Part shown: positions 1 through 10,549 of the stretch, one piece after another
Numbering within the stretch: the first letter of the stretch is position 1
How the letters are laid out: each line of letters opens with the position of its first letter
Source: an uncultured delta proteobacterium
GTDB lineage: Bacteria > Myxococcota > Myxococcia > Myxococcales > Anaeromyxobacteraceae
Direction: 5' to 3'
Assembly: GCA_963814585.1 (NCBI GenBank)
Contig: CAWFDF010000004.1
Coordinates: forward strand, 128,001-192,000
DNA: 64,000 bases
The notes under the pieces: generated by a model
What the model was told of the DNA's origin: nothing
What the model saw: the letters and a program-made list of their open reading frames with translations, nothing else
Databases searched by the model: none
Position numbers and translations under genes: made by a program

Positions 1-2854
1 CCCCGACGAAGGTCACCCGGTTCTGCGAGAAGGAGAGGCTGCCGGTCAGCCCGTCGAAGACCGCGTTGGTCCCACGCACCTGGAACCCACCCTCCGCCAC
101 CTGCCCGTCGCCCGCCAGCTCCAGCGCCTCGGCGGTCCCGCCGACATGGGCCTCCATCACCAGCCGGCCATGCGGGCGGCGCAGGACCGGCACCAGCCCC
201 GCCAGGAAGCGCAGGTCGATGGACCCAGCGGCGTCGAGATCGAGGTCGAGGCCGCCGCCCATCCCCCCGCTGACGGCGAACTCGGTGTCGGGGCCCTTGA
301 TCCTGAAGGACTCGACGTCGAGCCGTCCGCCGTCGAAGCGGAGCGCCACCGGTGCCGCGTTCTCGACGCGGAAGTCACCGACCGTGGTGCTGAGCCGGGC
401 CAGCTCGACCCGGCCCCGGGCGGTGCGCGGCGCCGCCAGCTCGCCGGTGGCCGAGGCCTGCCCCTCCACCACCGCCCGGAAGCCGCCGGGCGGCCCGCCA
501 GGCCAGAGCCTGGCCGCGTCGTCCATCTTCAGGTCGACCCGGGCCTGGTAGGGCATCCGGCCCTCGAGCCGGGCCTCGGCGGTGAAGCGCATCCCCTCGG
601 CACCGCCGGTCACCAGCAGCTGTCGCGCCTCGATGGTGCCTCCCAGCTGGACGGTGCCGAAGACGGCGCCTCGGAGCGCCAGCGCATCGGCGTTGAGCGC
701 GAAGCGGACGCGGGGCTGGTCCCACGAGCCGGCCAGGTCCGCGCTCCCGGAGATGGAGCCGGTCCAGGCGCCGCCCGGAAGCTCCAGGGTGGCCGCCGGC
801 AGGCCGGCCGCCGAGAGCGTGAGCGCCCACGGCTGCGGTGGCTGGAAGGCCCAGGTGCCGACCGCCCCGACCGTCCCCGGTCCCGAGGTCAGCTCCAGCC
901 GATCGAAGCGGACCCTGGCGGCCTCGAGGATGGCGCCGGTGACCCGCCCGCCGTCGAACCTCCGGCCCGCCACCTGGCACGGCCCGAAGCGCCCCTCGAA
1001 CTGGAGGTCGGGCGCCGCGGCCGGCCCGGCCGCGGTGACCGTCATGGACTCGATGCGGCCGTCGACGACGCCGCGGAGCGCGCGCGAGCTGGGGAGCCAG
1101 TCGGCCACGGCGTCGAGGTAGTCGCGGGCCTGCCCGCTCGCGGTGAACCTGGAGCCGGTGATCCGGACCGGACTGGCGCCGAGGTCGACGTCCAGCGAGC
1201 CGCGGTAGGCGCTCCCGCCCCGCTGCCCCTCCAGGCTGGAGAAGCGCAGCACCCGATCCGCGGCGTGGACCAGGTCGCCCGAGACCGTGCCGAGATCGAC
1301 GTCGAGGAGGCGGAAGCCCTCCAGCTTCATCCTGGCCGAGGCCTGGGGCAGGCCGTAGGGCGCGGCGCCGACGCGCGCGGTGACGCTGCCCCGGCCGGCC
1401 ATCGGCAGCCCGGCGATGTGGCCGAGCGGACCGAGGTCCACCTCGCCGGAGGTCCGGACCTGGAAGCCCCGCGCGGAGTCGAAGTGGACCTCGGCGTCGA
1501 CGTCCACCGCCCCCCGCCCGACCTCGATGCGCGCCTTCTCGAAGAAGAGGCCGTCGAGGGTGATCCGGAACGGCGCCTGCACCTGGCCCTGGGCGAACTC
1601 CACCATGGCCTGGTCGGACGGCTTGGCCTGGCGCCAGGGGCCGGTGAGGGCCCGGAAGCCCTTCACCTGGGAGTCGACGGCGACGGCCAGCTGGGGCGGC
1701 CAGATGGCCCCGGCGACCCGGGCCGTGCCGGTCAGCCGCCCGGTGATCCAGGCGTCCCGCACCGAGAGCCGCTCCAGGATCTCGGCCAGGTCGACGCCGT
1801 CGAGCTGGGCGACCGCGTCGATGGGGACGCTGGACGCCAGGGTCACCTCGCCCTTGGCGGTGAGCTTCCCGTCGCCGAAGGGGAGCGTCAGCCGCTCCAC
1901 CACCACCTTGTCGCCGGCCAGCCTCGCCTCGGCGCTCCCGGCGCCGAGCCGGACCTCGCCGGCCCCGAGCTCCGCGAACTCGACCGTGGCGCTCAGCTGC
2001 GGCGCCGAGGGACGCCCCTTCACCCTCGCCTGGACCTTGAGCTGCGCGTCCCAGGCCTTGGCCGACTCGCCGGCCAGCGCCACCATCCGGGCCAGCGATC
2101 CCTCCGCCGTGGCGGTGAGGTCGAGCAGCGGGCTGCAGAGCGTGCGGACCTGTCCGCGCACCGAGAGCCGCACCCCACCGACGGTCGCCGCGGCGCTGGC
2201 CAGCGAGGCCTCGGAGAGGTCGAGCGCCACCTCGCCGTCCAGCTCGGGCCGCTCCAGCCGCCAGGCCCTCCCGGCGGCCGCCACCCGGACCTCGCCGGCG
2301 CCGGCCGTGGCCTGGATGCGGCGCACCGACGAGCCGAGGCGCCAGCGCGACCGGGCGCTCCGGCCCGCCTCGACGTGGAGCCCGTCGATCTCGACGCGCT
2401 GGCCCCCGTCGAGCGCGAGCACCACGGAGCCGTCGGTCAGGTCGAGCTGCCGGATGTCGATCTGCTTGAGCTCGGGCGGTGGGCAGGGGCGTGGCGTGCC
2501 CGTGGGCGGCGGCGCGGTCGCCACCAGCCGCGGCCGCGTCAGCCTCAACGTCGCCAGCTGGATGCGTCCCCCCAGCCCCTGGATCAGGGCCAGCCTCGCC
2601 TCCACGGCGTCGGCGGTGAAGAGCGGCGCGCCGGCCGGGCCGAGGCGCAGCCCCTCCGTCACCACCGAGAGGGAGAAGGGGTCGATGCTGCAGGCGGTGG
2701 TGGCCACCTCCAGCCCGGTGGCCGCGCCCACCCGGGCCGCGGCCAGCGCGCAGATCCGGTCTCCGGCCCAGCGCGTGCGCAAGGCCGCCATCGAGCCGGC
2801 CACCAGGGCCAGCAGGACGCCGAGGAAGGCGAGGGCGAGGCGGCGCTTCGTCAC
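1..2854 (-). CDS. TamB/AsmA-like translocation and assembly module protein (3' end runs off the window)
   Basis: Not in the ORF track because it has no stop in the window. GTG at 2854 gives MTKRRLALAFLGVLLALVAGS... (N-terminal TM anchor) followed by a long beta-rich repeat body. Position matches the TamB-like gene downstream of sgmX in myxobacteria. Confidence 0.7.
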   Translation of the reverse strand, partial: MTKRRLALAFLGVLLALVAGSMAALRTRWAGDRICALAAARVGAATGLEVATTACSIDPFSLSVVTEGLRLGPAGAPLFTADAVEARLALIQGLGGRIQLATLRLTRPRLVATAPPPTGTPRPCPPPELKQIDIRQLDLTDGSVVLALDGGQRVEIDGLHVEAGRSARSRWRLGSSVRRIQATAGAGEVRVAAAGRAWRLERPELDGEVALDLSEASLASAAATVGGVRLSVRGQVRTLCSPLLDLTATAEGSLARMVALAGESAKAWDAQLKVQARVKGRPSAPQLSATVEFAELGAGEVRLGAGSAEARLAGDKVVVERLTLPFGDGKLTAKGEVTLASSVPIDAVAQLDGVDLAEILERLSVRDAWITGRLTGTARVAGAIWPPQLAVAVDSQVKGFRALTGPWRQAKPSDQAMVEFAQGQVQAPFRITLDGLFFEKARIEVGRGAVDVDAEVHFDSARGFQVRTSGEVDLGPLGHIAGLPMAGRGSVTARVGAAPYGLPQASARMKLEGFRLLDVDLGTVSGDLVHAADRVLRFSSLEGQRGGSAYRGSLDVDLGASPVRITGSRFTASGQARDYLDAVADWLPSSRALRGVVDGRIESMTVTAAGPAAAPDLQFEGRFGPCQVAGRRFDGGRVTGAILEAARVRFDRLELTSGPGTVGAVGTWAFQPPQPWALTLSAAGLPAATLELPGGAWTGSISGSADLAGSWDQPRVRFALNADALALRGAVFGTVQLGGTIEARQLLVTGGAEGMRFTAEARLEGRMPYQARVDLKMDDAARLWPGGPPGGFRAVVEGQASATGELAAPRTARGRVELARLSTTVGDFRVENAAPVALRFDGGRLDVESFRIKGPDTEFAVSGGMGGGLDLDLDAAGSIDLRFLAGLVPVLRRPHGRLVMEAHVGGTAEALELAGDGQVAEGGFQVRGTNAVFDGLTGSLSFSQNRVTFVG

Positions 2855-2926
2855 CAGATCGATTGTCCCGCCGTGGGGCCGTGCCGCCAAGCTCCTGGCC
2901 CGGAGCCGGGGCCAGGGGGCCCCGGC

Positions 2927-3847
2927 TCACTTGGTGAGCGACTCGAGATACCGGTCGATGTCCCCGAGGTCGATGCGGGGACGGGCGGTGGGCCGATCGA
3001 CCTGGACCGGCGCCGCCGCGGCCGGCGCCTCGGGATCGGGCAGCCCGAGGTCGCGGGCCACCCGCTCGATGGCCTTGTCGTCGATGTCGTGGCTGCGGGC
3101 CACGAACCCCTCGAAGAGCGCATTGTCGCAGATGGTGTTGATGAGCCGGGGCGTCCCGCGGGCCTGGACGTGGATGGCCTCGATGGCCGAGGCGGTGAAG
3201 GGGATTCGCGTCGCCCCGGCCAGCCGCAGCCGGTGCTGGACGTAGGCCTCGGTGTCCTCCAGCTTGAGCGGCTCCAGCCGGTACTTGAGCGCCACCCGCT
3301 GTGCCAGCGGTGGATCGAGCCTGAGGTTGTCCTCGATCTCCGGCAGGCCGAAGAAGACGAAGGAGAGCAGCTTGCGCTCCGGCACCTCGAGGTTGAGCAG
3401 CCCGCGAAACTCCTCCATCAGGTCGCGCGAGGCCAGCATCTGGGCCTCGTCGATGAGCACCACCGCCTTCTTCCCCTGCTCGAAGATCCTCACCAGCCGC
3501 TGGTAGAGCTGGGAGAGGAGCGCCAGCTTCTCCTCGGCCGGTGACTCGACGCCGAGCTGGAGGGCGATGCGGCGCAGCAGCCAGCCGGGGGTGATGCCGG
3601 AGTGGATGATGACCAGCAGCGCCGCCTCGTACTCCTCCTCCGGGAGGCTGTCGAGCATGCGGCGGGCCAGCGTGGTCTTGCCGGCGCCGATGTCTCCCAC
3701 CAGCACCGCCAGCCCCTTCATGTTGGAGACGGCGTGCGTCAGCCGCATCAGCGCCTGGGCGTGCTGCGCCGACCCGAAGTAGAAGCGCGACACCGGCGCG
3801 TTCGAGAAGGGCTCCTGGTTCAGCTCGTAGAAGTCGAGGTAGGTCAC
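2927..3847 (-). CDS. ExeA/GspA-family AAA ATPase
   Basis: MTYLDFYELNQEPFS N-terminus, Walker A GDIGAGKTT, Walker B VVLIDEAQ, and GTPRLINTICDNAL motif. Confidence 0.9.
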   Translation of the reverse strand: MTYLDFYELNQEPFSNAPVSRFYFGSAQHAQALMRLTHAVSNMKGLAVLVGDIGAGKTTLARRMLDSLPEEEYEAALLVIIHSGITPGWLLRRIALQLGVESPAEEKLALLSQLYQRLVRIFEQGKKAVVLIDEAQMLASRDLMEEFRGLLNLEVPERKLLSFVFFGLPEIEDNLRLDPPLAQRVALKYRLEPLKLEDTEAYVQHRLRLAGATRIPFTASAIEAIHVQARGTPRLINTICDNALFEGFVARSHDIDDKAIERVARDLGLPDPEAPAAAAPVQVDRPTARPRIDLGDIDRYLESLTK

Positions 3848-3859
3848 GCCGTCCCAGTG

Positions 3860-6604
3860 CTAGAGGAACCCGATGTTCTTTTTCGGGCCGGGCGGGCTGC
3901 CCAGCGGGGGCTGCGACGCCACGGCCGCGGCGGGGGCCTGGTGCGGCGCCGCCCGGGGGATGGCGCCAGGCCGTCCCGGCCCACCCACCTGGAGACCCGC
4001 CGGCGCCGCCATCCCGGCCGGCGGACGGCCCGGCCCGCCGCCCAGCGCCGCCACGTGGCTCGCCGTGTCGCGGTAGCCGGGGTCGAGCCTGGCCACCTTC
4101 TGGAAGCACCAGAGCGCCTCCTCGCGCTCGCCCAGGTCCTGGTAGGCGACGCCGAGCTCGTAGTGGATGGCCTTGGCGCTCTCCTTGGTCAGGAAGTCGG
4201 AGCGGAGCGCCCGGCGCAGCGGCTCGATGGCGTCGCGAGGACGCCCCTGCGACAGGCGGCAGTGCGCGATCATCGCCAGGCTGTCGATCTCCTTCTTCCG
4301 GTTGGTGCCGCGCAGCGCGGTCTCGAACTCGTTGACCGCGTCGTCGACCAGCCCCATCTCCTTGTAGGCGATGCCGAGATCGTAGTGGGTGTCCGAGTCC
4401 TCGGCGGTCACGGTCTCGGCCACGCCGCGCTTGAACTGGTTGAAGACGTCCTCGACCGAGTACTGGAACTCGTCGTCGATGCCGCCGAGGTCGGGGGCCC
4501 GGTCCAGCTCCTCGGCCAGGTCGGCGCCGAGGTCGAAGGTGGCCCCGGCGCCGGCCGAGGGATCGATCAGCGTCGGGCTCTGGCGGGTGGCGGGCGGGCT
4601 GGCGGCCGCCGAGACCGCCGGGGGAGGGCTGGCCGCGACCGGGGCCTGGACCACCGGCGGGACGCGCCTGGCCGACAGCCGGCGCTCCACCTCGGCGAGC
4701 CGGGCCTCGAGGACCGGGTGCCCGGCGTGGAGCGTCCGGAGCTGGAGCAGGAAGTCATGGGCGTCGGACAGCAACCCCTGCTGGGCGAAGAAGTCGGCCT
4801 CCTCCAGCTCGTCGGTGAGATCGGCTGGACCGGGCGGCGGGGCGGCGGGGCGCGGCGCCGCCAGGGCGGGCGGCTCGACCGGGGCCTCTCCGGGCGCCGG
4901 CGCGGTCACCGGCCGGCCGGCCGGCTCCGCCTCCAGATCGGGGAGCCCGCCGGCGCCCGCCTCGTCCACCACCTCCTCGGACCCGGCGGAGGCCAGGGCG
5001 GTGCGGAGCACGGCGTCGTCGGGCCGCTCCAGCTCCTCCTCGACCACCTCCTCGCCGGGCGCGCCGGCCGACATCTCCGCCAGCGTGTCGTCGTCGATCA
5101 CCGGGGGCGGCTCGTCGGCCAGGTCCAGCTCGGACGGGGTCGCCGGAAGGTCGCCCGACTCGATCTCCTCCTCCACCTCCCCGGCGCTCAGCTCGATCTC
5201 CTCGGTGGCGCCGGCGGCCGCCGCCAGCTCTCCGAGCTGGGGGTGGCCGGGGTCGAGGTGCCGGAGCCGGATCAACGACGCCCTGGCCCGATCCAGGTCG
5301 CCCTTGGCGATGGCGGCCCTGACGGCCTGCTCGGCCGCCTCCAGGGCGTCGGCGCGCCGGCCCGCACCGAGGTGGAGGTCGCGGAGCTTCTCCAGCGCCA
5401 CCGGCACCAGGGGGTCGATGGCGAGGACGGACTGGAGGTGGGCGAGGGCCTTGTCGTTCAACCCGTACTTCAGGTACACCTCGGCCTCGGTGAGGAGCTT
5501 GGGGATCCCTTCGGCCCCGGCTGCCGGCGCGGGCGGCGGGGCCGGCGCGAGGGGGGGGGCCGGCGCGGGTGCCGGCGGCGGCAGCGGGCGGGGCTGGCCG
5601 ATCGCCTGGAGCGGCGGCTGGACGGCCACCTTGCCGACGGGCGTCCCCTGGGGCATGGCCATCGGCGGCGCGGGGCTCGGGGATGGCGGCGGCGAGGCCG
5701 GCCCGGGAACGGCCTGGCCCAGCACCTGCGCGGCGTCGGGATCCCCCGGCGCCAGCTCCGCGACCTTCCGCCAGGCGCTGACGGCGTCGGCGCGCCGGCC
5801 AGCCTGCTGGTGGACGTCGGCCAGGGTCTTCCACACCTGCACCGTCTTGGCGCTCTGCCCGAGGTCCCGGAAGGCCTGGGCCAGCAGGGTCAGGGTCTCG
5901 ACGTCGCGGCCGTCGGCCTTGAAGCAGACCTGCAGCTTGGCGAGGGCGCGCTTGGTGTCGGCCTTGGCCATGTAGATGTTGGCCAGCTCGCGAGTCAGCG
6001 CCAGGTCGGCGGGCGCCAGCTCGACGATGCGCTCGGCGACCTTGAGGTAGTCGTCGGCCCGGTTGTGCGCCTTGAGGTAGGCCGCGGCCTTCCGGTACTG
6101 CTCGAGCGCCGGCCCCGGCAGGTTGGCGCCCTGGTAGAGCTTGCCGAGCCGCACCACCGAGCCGATGTTGTCGGGGTCGAGCTCCACCATCCGCTTCAGC
6201 GACTCGAGGAGCCGGACCCCGTCGCCCGCCTTCTCGTGGGCCGCGGCGATGAGCTGGAACTGCCCCATGGCCTCGCTGACCAGCCCGAGCTGCTGGTACA
6301 GGCTGGCCAGGCGCTCGTTGACGCGGACGTCCTCGGCGTCGAGCTTCATCACCTGCTTGTAGACGGCCACCGACTTGAGGAAGAAGCCCTGGTCGGCGTA
6401 GGTCTCGGCGACGCGCTTGAAGGCGTCCGCCGCCATCCGGTCGTCGCCCTTCTTCTGGTAGAGCTCGCCGACCTTCAGCAGGACGCGGACGTCCTTGGGA
6501 TCCTCCTGGAGGATCCGCTCGTAGGTCTTGATCGCCTTGTCGAACGCCCCGCGCTGAACCAGCTTGGTGGCCTCGGCGATGATCTTGTTCTTGTCGACTG
6601 CCAT
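3860..6604 (-). CDS. sgmX: SgmX-like TPR-repeat protein (T4aP polar activator)
   Basis: N-terminal TPR array, Pro/acidic-rich linker, C-terminal TPRs (THYDLGIAYKEMGL) and KKNIGFL tail. Located between accC and the ExeA ATPase, as in M. xanthus. Confidence 0.75.
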   Translation of the reverse strand: MAVDKNKIIAEATKLVQRGAFDKAIKTYERILQEDPKDVRVLLKVGELYQKKGDDRMAADAFKRVAETYADQGFFLKSVAVYKQVMKLDAEDVRVNERLASLYQQLGLVSEAMGQFQLIAAAHEKAGDGVRLLESLKRMVELDPDNIGSVVRLGKLYQGANLPGPALEQYRKAAAYLKAHNRADDYLKVAERIVELAPADLALTRELANIYMAKADTKRALAKLQVCFKADGRDVETLTLLAQAFRDLGQSAKTVQVWKTLADVHQQAGRRADAVSAWRKVAELAPGDPDAAQVLGQAVPGPASPPPSPSPAPPMAMPQGTPVGKVAVQPPLQAIGQPRPLPPPAPAPAPPLAPAPPPAPAAGAEGIPKLLTEAEVYLKYGLNDKALAHLQSVLAIDPLVPVALEKLRDLHLGAGRRADALEAAEQAVRAAIAKGDLDRARASLIRLRHLDPGHPQLGELAAAAGATEEIELSAGEVEEEIESGDLPATPSELDLADEPPPVIDDDTLAEMSAGAPGEEVVEEELERPDDAVLRTALASAGSEEVVDEAGAGGLPDLEAEPAGRPVTAPAPGEAPVEPPALAAPRPAAPPPGPADLTDELEEADFFAQQGLLSDAHDFLLQLRTLHAGHPVLEARLAEVERRLSARRVPPVVQAPVAASPPPAVSAAASPPATRQSPTLIDPSAGAGATFDLGADLAEELDRAPDLGGIDDEFQYSVEDVFNQFKRGVAETVTAEDSDTHYDLGIAYKEMGLVDDAVNEFETALRGTNRKKEIDSLAMIAHCRLSQGRPRDAIEPLRRALRSDFLTKESAKAIHYELGVAYQDLGEREEALWCFQKVARLDPGYRDTASHVAALGGGPGRPPAGMAAPAGLQVGGPGRPGAIPRAAPHQAPAAAVASQPPLGSPPGPKKNIGFL

Positions 6605-6765
6605 CTAGCCGGGGCGACCCGCGGGGCTGTGGGGAGCGAACCATCGACCCGCGAGGGGGCGCGCCGGAACATCCTGCGCGGACCCCGCGGGTCCAGCAAG
6701 CGTAACGGAAGGATCCGGGTCACGCAAGGCGGAATCCCCCGTCAGGACGAGGGATTTCCCCGTTC

Positions 6766-8148
<1,383 letters not shown>

Positions 8149-8164
8149 GGCCGGCCTCGCTCGC

Positions 8165-8689
8165 CTAGCCCGGCAGGATGCGGAAGAGCTTCTCGTTGAA
8201 CTCCACCGGGGTGCCGTTCTGCACGTAGATCTCGGCGACCGTCCCGTCGGTCTCGCACTCGATTTCGTTCATCAGCTTCATGGCCTCGACGATGCAGAGC
8301 ACCTGCCCCTTCTTCACCTTCTGGCCGACGTCGGTGAACGGCGGCGAGTCCGGCGAGGGGGCGCGGTAGAAGGTGCCCACGAACGGCGAGCTGACCAGCG
8401 TCCCCGGGGCCTCGGCGGCCTTGGCCTCCGCCTTGGGGGCGGCGGGCGCCGCGGCCGGGGCGGCCGGGACCGGGGCGGCCACCGGGGCGTGGTGCACCGC
8501 CACCGGGGCGGGCGCGGCCATGGACACCACGGCGCCGCGGCGGATGACGACCTTCTCGATGCCGCGGCTCCAGGCGACGAGGCTGACGTCGGTCTTCTCG
8601 ACCAGCGCCACCAGCTTCTTGACGTCCTCGATGGTGAAGGGCTCGGCGGCAGTCTTGGCGGTGGGCTGCTTGGTGGTCTTGTTGGCCAT
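8165..8689 (-). CDS. accB: Acetyl-CoA carboxylase biotin carboxyl carrier protein
   Basis: [13 protein letters not shown] and [10 protein letters not shown] biotinylation motif; Ala/Pro linker. Confidence 0.97.
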   Translation of the reverse strand: MANKTTKQPTAKTAAEPFTIEDVKKLVALVEKTDVSLVAWSRGIEKVVIRRGAVVSMAAPAPVAVHHAPVAAPVPAAPAAAPAAPKAEAKAAEAPGTLVSSPFVGTFYRAPSPDSPPFTDVGQKVKKGQVLCIVEAMKLMNEIECETDGTVAEIYVQNGTPVEFNEKLFRILPG

Positions 8690-8736
8690 GCGCTCTCGCT
8701 CCTTGCGGGTGGGGAACCGTGGGGGGACGGCCGGGA

Positions 8737-9309
8737 CTAGCCGGCGACGCGGGTGAGGTACTCGCCGGTGCGGGTGTCGATCCGCAGCAGCTCACCCTCG
8801 TTGATGAAGAGGGGCACGTTGACCTGGTAGCCGGTCTCCAGCGTGGCCGGCTTGGTGGCGCCCGACACCGTGTCGCCGCGGACGCCCGGATCGCACTTGG
8901 TCACCCGCAGGTCCATGGCGTTGGGCAGGGTGATGCCGATGGCCTTGCCGTTGAAGAACAGGATGTGGGTGGTGGTGTTGTCCTTGATGAAGTTCCTGGC
9001 GTCGCCCATCTGCTCGACGGTCAGGAAGGTCTGCTCGTAGGTCTTGTTGTCCATGAAGTTGTAGTGGTCGCCCTCGCGGTAGAGGTACTGCATCTCCCGC
9101 TCCTCGATGTCGGGCTTGCCCACCACGTCGCCGGACTTGAAGGTCCGGTCGATGGTCCGATCGTTGATGAGGTTCCGGATCCGGGTGCGCACGAAGGCCG
9201 AGCCCTTGCCGGGCTTGACGTGCTGGAACTCCACGATCTCCCAGGGGTCGCCGTCGATCTCGATCTTGAGGCCGCGGCGGAACGCCGAGGTGTCCATGCT
9301 GTCGCCCAT
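8737..9309 (-). CDS. efp: Elongation factor P
   Basis: [43 protein letters not shown]. Confidence 0.97.
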   Translation of the reverse strand: MGDSMDTSAFRRGLKIEIDGDPWEIVEFQHVKPGKGSAFVRTRIRNLINDRTIDRTFKSGDVVGKPDIEEREMQYLYREGDHYNFMDNKTYEQTFLTVEQMGDARNFIKDNTTTHILFFNGKAIGITLPNAMDLRVTKCDPGVRGDTVSGATKPATLETGYQVNVPLFINEGELLRIDTRTGEYLTRVAG

Positions 9310-9394
9310 CTGCTTCTCCTGCTCCTGTTGGAATCGCCGGGACCGGCGGAGCCCGGCCCGCTGCGGGCCGGTGCGCGCGCCGGGGAGGTGGCCC

Positions 9395-9757
9395 CTACAG
9401 CTCGGCCAGCAGCTTCGGGGCCGTGACGCGCATCATGTAGCGCGCCTTGCCGAAGTTGCCGTCGGGCCTGAGGGCCACCACCAGGAAATACTCGGGTGAG
9501 ACGAGCCGGGCCACCACCAGCAGCCGCTCCGACTGGACCGAGAGCTCCGAGACCTCGCCGGCCTCGTGGGCCGCCGCCGCCTCGCGCGCGGAGCGGAGGA
9601 GGGAGGAGTACTCGACCAGCAGGGTCTGGACGTCCAGGCCGGCCTCGCCCTGGAGGTGGTGGCTGTCGACCTCGATGCCATCCACGCCCATCAGCGCGCA
9701 GGCGACCGCGCCGTCGACGTTCTCGACCACGTGCTGGAGGTGCTCTCGAAAGCTCAT
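9395..9757 (-). CDS. mglC: Roadblock/LC7-domain protein, MglC-like
   Basis: 120 aa with GAVACALMGVDGIEV and GNFGKARY. Sits between efp and the pilQ-downstream lipoprotein, as M. xanthus mglC does. Confidence 0.75.
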   Translation of the reverse strand: MSFREHLQHVVENVDGAVACALMGVDGIEVDSHHLQGEAGLDVQTLLVEYSSLLRSAREAAAAHEAGEVSELSVQSERLLVVARLVSPEYFLVVALRPDGNFGKARYMMRVTAPKLLAEL

Positions 9758-9886
9758 GGCTCGCCGCTCCGCGTCGTAAATCCCCGAAAAGACGAGGACC
9801 GCGTCACGAAGCGGGCCGTATCTAGCCCGCTCGCGCGCGATCCGTCAAGGCGGCCCAGGCTCCCCCGGGAGAGGGCCTGGCCGCTG

Positions 9887-10531
9887 CTACTGGCAGAGCG
9901 TGAGGCTGGTCTGGCCCGGCTGCGGGCACTGGCCGACGATGGTCGGGGTGGCCGGATCAGGGCAGTAGCCGCCCTGGCCCCTGCCGTTCTGCACGCTGAC
10001 CACCACCGAGAACGGCCCGGTCTCGATGGTCGTGCCGTCGGCGTAGTGGCCGGTGGCCCGGACCTCGACGCGCATCTCGGCCGTCAGCCCGGGCGTGGCG
10101 CTCAGCATCGTCGCCACCGCCGGGGGGACCACCGGGATGCTGACGACCTGGGAGCTGGTCGGCTGGACCGTGTGGGTGGTCCAGATCACCGAGGCGTCGG
10201 GGATGGAGACCGTGTTGGAGAGGAACTTCAGGTCGTAGCCAGTGATGAAGGCGGTGGCGGTGTTGGTGCCCCCGTCGCGCTCGCCGTTGTCCGGCCGCTG
10301 GTTGTCGATCTGGAAGGGCCACTCCAGGGTGCCGCCGGTGGGCGCGAAGGTGGTGTCCACCCAGAGGTTGCCCATCAGCACCGTCTCGCAGGACGCGGGA
10401 TAGGAGCAACTCCCGTCTTCGTTGGGCGTGGGCGGGTAGCAGGCGGCCGAGATGAGGACCGAGGCGTTGTTGTCGACGCAGCCGGTGAGGGCGGCGGCGA
10501 GCAGCAGGGCGGCGAGGTACCTGGTGGTCAT
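9887..10531 (-). CDS. Cys-rich lipoprotein downstream of pilQ
   Basis: Signal peptide with lipobox LTGC; paired Cys at both ends. Confidence 0.8.
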   Translation of the reverse strand: MTTRYLAALLLAAALTGCVDNNASVLISAACYPPTPNEDGSCSYPASCETVLMGNLWVDTTFAPTGGTLEWPFQIDNQRPDNGERDGGTNTATAFITGYDLKFLSNTVSIPDASVIWTTHTVQPTSSQVVSIPVVPPAVATMLSATPGLTAEMRVEVRATGHYADGTTIETGPFSVVVSVQNGRGQGGYCPDPATPTIVGQCPQPGQTSLTLCQ

Positions 10532-10549
10532 GGCGAGCGTTCCTCCGTC

